Positions 59,270 through 64,000 of a stretch of 64,000 nucleotides of DNA are shown here, piece after piece. The translations under genes and the position numbers were made by a program. This DNA comes from Eledone cirrhosa (Eukaryota), in NCBI GenBank assembly GCA_964016885.1, contig OZ024746.1:85002001-85066000 (forward strand). Direction: 5' to 3'. A model generated the notes under the pieces. That model did no database searches and had not been told where the DNA came from. It was given only the letters and a program-made list of their open reading frames with translations. Numbering within the stretch: the stretch's first letter is position 1; every line of letters begins with the position of its first letter.

Positions 59270-59430
59270 AGCTCACATTAAAAAGACATGATCATAAGCA
59301 TTCCAGTAAAAGAGCATTTCGGCTTCGTATTCAAACATAGTGTTGTATCAGATATTACATTACCCAAATCTGCTATTTAAGAGATTTGGTTGCTATTTCT
59401 AGCAGGTCGGATGACTACGTAAGCACCAGC
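59270..59430 (+). mobile_element. Diverged dispersed repeat (family 4)
   Basis: gagatttgg(c/t)tgctatttctagcaggtcg-like motif also present at ~30100-30133 and ~43130-43160. Confidence 0.5.
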
Positions 59431-59559
59431 GGCCGTATTATTTAGCAGCAATGTCATCATCATTTAATTACATCCCATAGTACACAAATATGTCCATACA
59501 GTCGCCAAATTTTTAAACTCTATATTATATTATATTGGCCAGCATGTCGCTCGCGCTAT

Positions 59560-59713
59560 ATTGTTTCTACTTTTTGGCACAAGGCCAGCAATTACCCAGT
59601 ACATTACTGGTACTTTATTTTATCGACCCCGTAAGGATGAAAGGCAAAGTTAACCTCGGCGGTTAAAGTTAAACTCAGATCGTTAAGGGACGTAACTATG
59701 CTGGAAAGCATGG
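59560..59713 (-). mobile_element. tRNA-derived SINE family 1 (head truncated)
   Basis: Reverse-complement match to the consensus. Confidence 0.88.
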
Positions 59714-60664
59714 TAGGCTATCTGTCAGCCAACCAGAGGTAATGAAGAGCTAAATAAAAACAAAAACACACCACTACAACATTTTTTTTAAAAACCATCA
59801 GCATCGCCAACAACAATAAATAAACAAAAAATGAAATTGATAAAAAAAATGCAGCAACATAACGTCAATGACTCGGGAATTATGGGATACGATATGGCGT
59901 AAAATAGAGATAGTGATGGTTAGTAGAATTTGCGAATAAAATGGAGGCGAGATTGAAAGCAGGAATTGAAAGGGAATAAAAGAAGAGTAAAGAATTAGGC
60001 AGCAAGGCTGGGGAGGTGATACAAATGTGTTAGTTGGAAGAAGGAGAAATAATGACCGAATAAGTGATAGTAGAATAATTAATTGGAACCAAATAAAAGT
60101 AGAGGTAAATAAAGGGAAGGTGTCGAAGAATAAAGAAAACTGGAAAAAGAGGAATAATGTATATAATATGTTATATATACATGCATACACACACAAAGAC
60201 ACACACACACGCCCACACACACACACGCACACACACACACACCGTCTATTATCACACCCCTAGTACAACTAATACAGGCCGACTATATATGCCCACTCTA
60301 CTTTTCCTTCACAGCTCTGTATACACACATACACACCTTTATATTAACATACTTTTGCTCATAGCTCCGTACTTACATGCACACACACTCTTTTACTCAC
60401 ATATACACACACATTTCTTAGCTTCGTACGGACGTATAATAACACACACACAAGTATAGCTCTTTTTACAAAACGGTTTTTTTTTTCCATTTCAGGTCAC
60501 GCGCTCCATCATCCACTTTTCTAAGGAATAAATCATACACAAAACGCCAGCACCAACAGTTTTGCAAAAGATGTCAACATGAATGGACCTGTTATTTTTA
60601 TCTAAGGATATTTTTTCCAATTGCAATCCGCCCGTCCCCTCAATCTATCTTATTTCTCATTCTT

Positions 60665-60700
60665 TCTTCTGATGACAGACTGGCGTCCGAAACGTTAAGA
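60665..60700 (+). ncRNA. Minimal type I hammerhead ribozyme (Penelope pLTR-type)
   Basis: tctt-CTGATGA-ca.gac.tggc.gtc.c-GAAA-cg-TT|aaga, with palindromic ACGT stem III. Confidence 0.65.
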
Positions 60701-60902
60701 CCCTATTCCTGCTATATCAAGCGTTAACCTAATATACCCTTCCATATACTGTACCGATTGTGTTGTTATTTCTGTTTACCTTTACATACCTATATATATA
60801 TGCAACTCAGAACTTGAGAAACCGAAAAACGATATCTTGTATACCTATATATATATATATGCATATATATATATATTGTGTGTGTGTTTGTGTGTCTGTG
60901 TC

Positions 60903-60939
<37 letters not shown>

Positions 60940-60958
60940 GTGTGTGTGTGTGTGTGTA

Positions 60959-61027
<69 letters not shown>

Positions 61028-61290
61028 TGTGCGTGCACGCGCTGGGACTGTGTATAATATAGTCATCCTTAAGCAAATAACTATAATAATAGTTGATGAC
61101 AATAAATAATAGTTGGAAAATGTTTCTTTTTCACAATACTTCTTAAGTCAAACGGTTGCTTAAATATATATATACATATATATATGGGGGGGGGGGGGGT
61201 AGAGTGCGAAACGATATAAAGCAAAAGGCATCATAGAGAGAACGAATAAAATGTTGTACATTGAGAGGAAAATATATATATGTGTGTGTA

Positions 61291-61343
<53 letters not shown>

Positions 61344-61414
61344 CAAGGAGACAACAAACAGAGGTACAAAAAGTCTTGTTAGTTTCACGCTTTATATTGG
61401 AAAGAGGAAAGAAA

Positions 61415-61450
61415 GTTCGACGTGTCGGGCTTAAGCCCTTCTTCAGGAGT
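61415..61450 (-). ncRNA. Degenerate minimal HHR
   Basis: Minus strand reads actc-CTGAAGA-a.gggc.ttaa.gccc-GACA-cg-TC|gaac. GAAA and stem I are mutated. Confidence 0.5.
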
Positions 61451-61837
61451 ACCAAATAGAGACAGGATTACAATGGAAAAACAGAAAAAAAGGTCCAGTA
61501 AAGATGCAAAAAAACATATTTATATCAGTATAAATATGGTACCAGGAAAAACAGGAAGAAGTGGTCAGAAGAAGAAATGTATTGTGTGTACAATTTTTAA
61601 CACATGTTTCTGTACAATTACATAACCATCTGCATGCGCTGACTGCATTATCCGATGCTCAATTGTATGCATTACGTTTCAGTTACTGCACATCATCAGA
61701 AAGAAGTTAGCAGGGAGAAAGAAAAAATGTGTTATACTCTGAGGTGTGTACCACATTTCTGCAATAAGCATTACTTACTGCTGACAAAGCTGAAGTACAA
61801 ATAACAGAAATAGTAAGCAAAGAATTATATATATATA

Positions 61838-62041
61838 TAACAAAGGAATTGTGGTAAGGAACCAGATGGACCATAACACACCAGAGTACTCAATACTTAG
61901 GGTAGTAGAGTGGGAAATAGGAAAAAGTATGACCCCGACGGCAGAGCTCAAGCCGTTTCGACGGCTATTTCTGGACGACTATTTCAGTCCAGAAATAGCC
62001 GTCGAAACGGCTTGAGCTCTACCGTCGGGGTCATACTTTTT

Positions 62042-62045
<4 letters not shown>
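61838..62045 (-). mobile_element. Fold-back + tail element, family A copy 7
   Basis: Tail plus hairpin ~61918-62045, with (TA)n on both sides. Confidence 0.9.
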
Positions 62046-62133
<88 letters not shown>

Positions 62134-62147
62134 TATATATAGAATTG

Positions 62148-62225
62148 ACTCCCTGATGAAGAAAGGAATTCTCCATGGTTTTGAACACTATTTATATCCC
62201 CTTTCAGAAACTAATTAGTTGGAGT
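62148..62225 (+). ncRNA. Type I hammerhead ribozyme, copy 1 of the tandem pair
   Basis: actcc-CTGATGA-a.gaaagg...cctttc.a-GAAA-ctaattag-TT|ggagt. Perfect stem I and palindromic ACTAATTAGT. Confidence 0.8.
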
Positions 62226-62669
62226 GAAACTTAAGTAAGTAAGTTAATTATTATAATTTTCTTATTTTACGTCTTTCATATAATTGTTCTACATTTTTGT
62301 ATTGAACCCCAAAGTTACTAAGACAAAACCTATATCTTGCTAGCATAAGTATACTTCTGTATAAATATGTTGGTAGATATACTAATTCTTTATAATTATC
62401 TCAAAATTATTTGTTGAGCAAAAATTTGCCTGAATTACTGCTATGATTCATAGTAATAGTTTGGCTACTGTCTTTTTAACACCCCACTCCTCACTGATTA
62501 ACCTCGGTGTCACGTGATTGATTCTTTTGAATTTGCCACTGACCGGGAAGGTAGTGAAATTTTCAGTGTCTTGAAATTTAGTCCGCGCTTGCTTCTTTTC
62601 CATTCACTGAATTATTTTTGTTTGAGATCCCTGTGTCCGCCTATCGCCAGCGATCTTAGCAGAGAATTG

Positions 62670-62747
62670 ACTCCCTGATGAAGAAAGGAATTCTCCATGG
62701 TTTTGAACACTATGTATATCTCCTTTCAGAAACTAATTAGTTGGAGT
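62670..62747 (+). ncRNA. Type I hammerhead ribozyme, copy 2 of the tandem pair
   Basis: Same fold as copy 1, with a perfect gaaagga / tcctttc stem II base. Confidence 0.8.
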
Positions 62748-63039
62748 GAAACTTAAGTAAGTAAGTTAATTATTATAATTTTCTTTTTTACGTCTTTCAT
62801 ATATATATATATGTATGTATGTATATATATATATATATGTATTTTTTTTCGCGAGTCAGTTCTTTTGTTGTTACGGACTCCGCGGCTGAATTACCGGCCG
62901 CTATCTTCAATTTGCAAAGCCCTTTAAACTGTATGTTATTACTCTGATGTTTTATACCTTATCGAGTGCTTGGCTGCACTTCTGAATGCATTCGTCGGCT
63001 TAGCTGCGGCTCGAGCTTCGAACATGGTGTACTTCCATT

Positions 63040-63622
<583 letters not shown>

Positions 63623-64000
63623 AATGGAAGGTTAGTTATGGCGGCGGCCAAGCTAACGAGATACAATGTATGTGTGTGTGTACATGTAAATTAAATATAC
63701 ATACATACACTTGTGTGTATACGTAAGTACGCACACACACAGAGCGTGAAGGGAGAGGGAATGGTGAAACGATTAAATTAGAAAGAGGTAATGGTGGCGG
63801 GAAGAGAAACGGAAGAAAAGGAGAAGGAAATCAAAGGTTTATTAGTGAACAAATAAATGAGATTGGTGGTGAGTGTTTAGGAGTTTTAAACCGGAAGTGT
63901 GAGGGGACGAGAAATAACTGTTGTAATTGAGAGACTTGATAAAGGGAGTAGGAGGAAGGAGAAAATAATGATAGTGAGAAGAAGGCTGCAAGAAAATAAG

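Larger units (their letters stand above)
62141..62803 (+). mobile_element. Retrozyme-like element: two ~140-bp direct repeats, each with an HHR, 522 nt apart
   Basis: Repeats at 62141-62282 and 62663-62803 with a non-coding spacer and TA-rich flanks. Confidence 0.8.

Noticed and set aside
58930-60570. Splice-like signals (aag|gtaagt ~58992; polypyrimidine-cag ~60495)
   Set aside because: They could mark small exons of a long gene, but this cannot be supported without transcripts.
61668-61703. Minus-strand CTGATGA...GAAACGTA
   Set aside because: Stem I and stem II do not pair convincingly. At best it is a decayed relic, as are ~41790-41832 and ~3895-3930.

Overview
Eukaryotic, very AT-rich non-coding DNA with no recognisable intact protein-coding gene. 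Almost every ORF in the track is a microsatellite read-through. The extreme (TA)n/(CA)n/(GA)n/(TACA)n density and the tRNA-derived SINE families suggest an octopus-like (coleoid cephalopod) genome, which is an inference. The window holds about 20 SINE copies, several MITEs, decayed mariner, RTE, R4/Dong-type and probable Penelope GIY-YIG fragments, and two large minisatellites. The main signal is a dense set of small non-coding elements in (TA)n tracts with a shared architecture: a long fold-back palindrome followed by a unique 3' tail. Read by hand, several unrelated families carry type I hammerhead ribozyme (HHR) folds (CUGANGA ... GAAA ... NUH). One family shows compensatory stem I changes, one has a ~104-nt stem II insertion, and one has two HHRs in direct repeats 522 nt apart (retrozyme-like). 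Their tails share an ACTCT...YGAGTRC motif. This looks like a multi-family system of non-autonomous Penelope-like/retrozyme elements that target TA microsatellites. All folds and alignments were done by eye, and boundaries are approximate.
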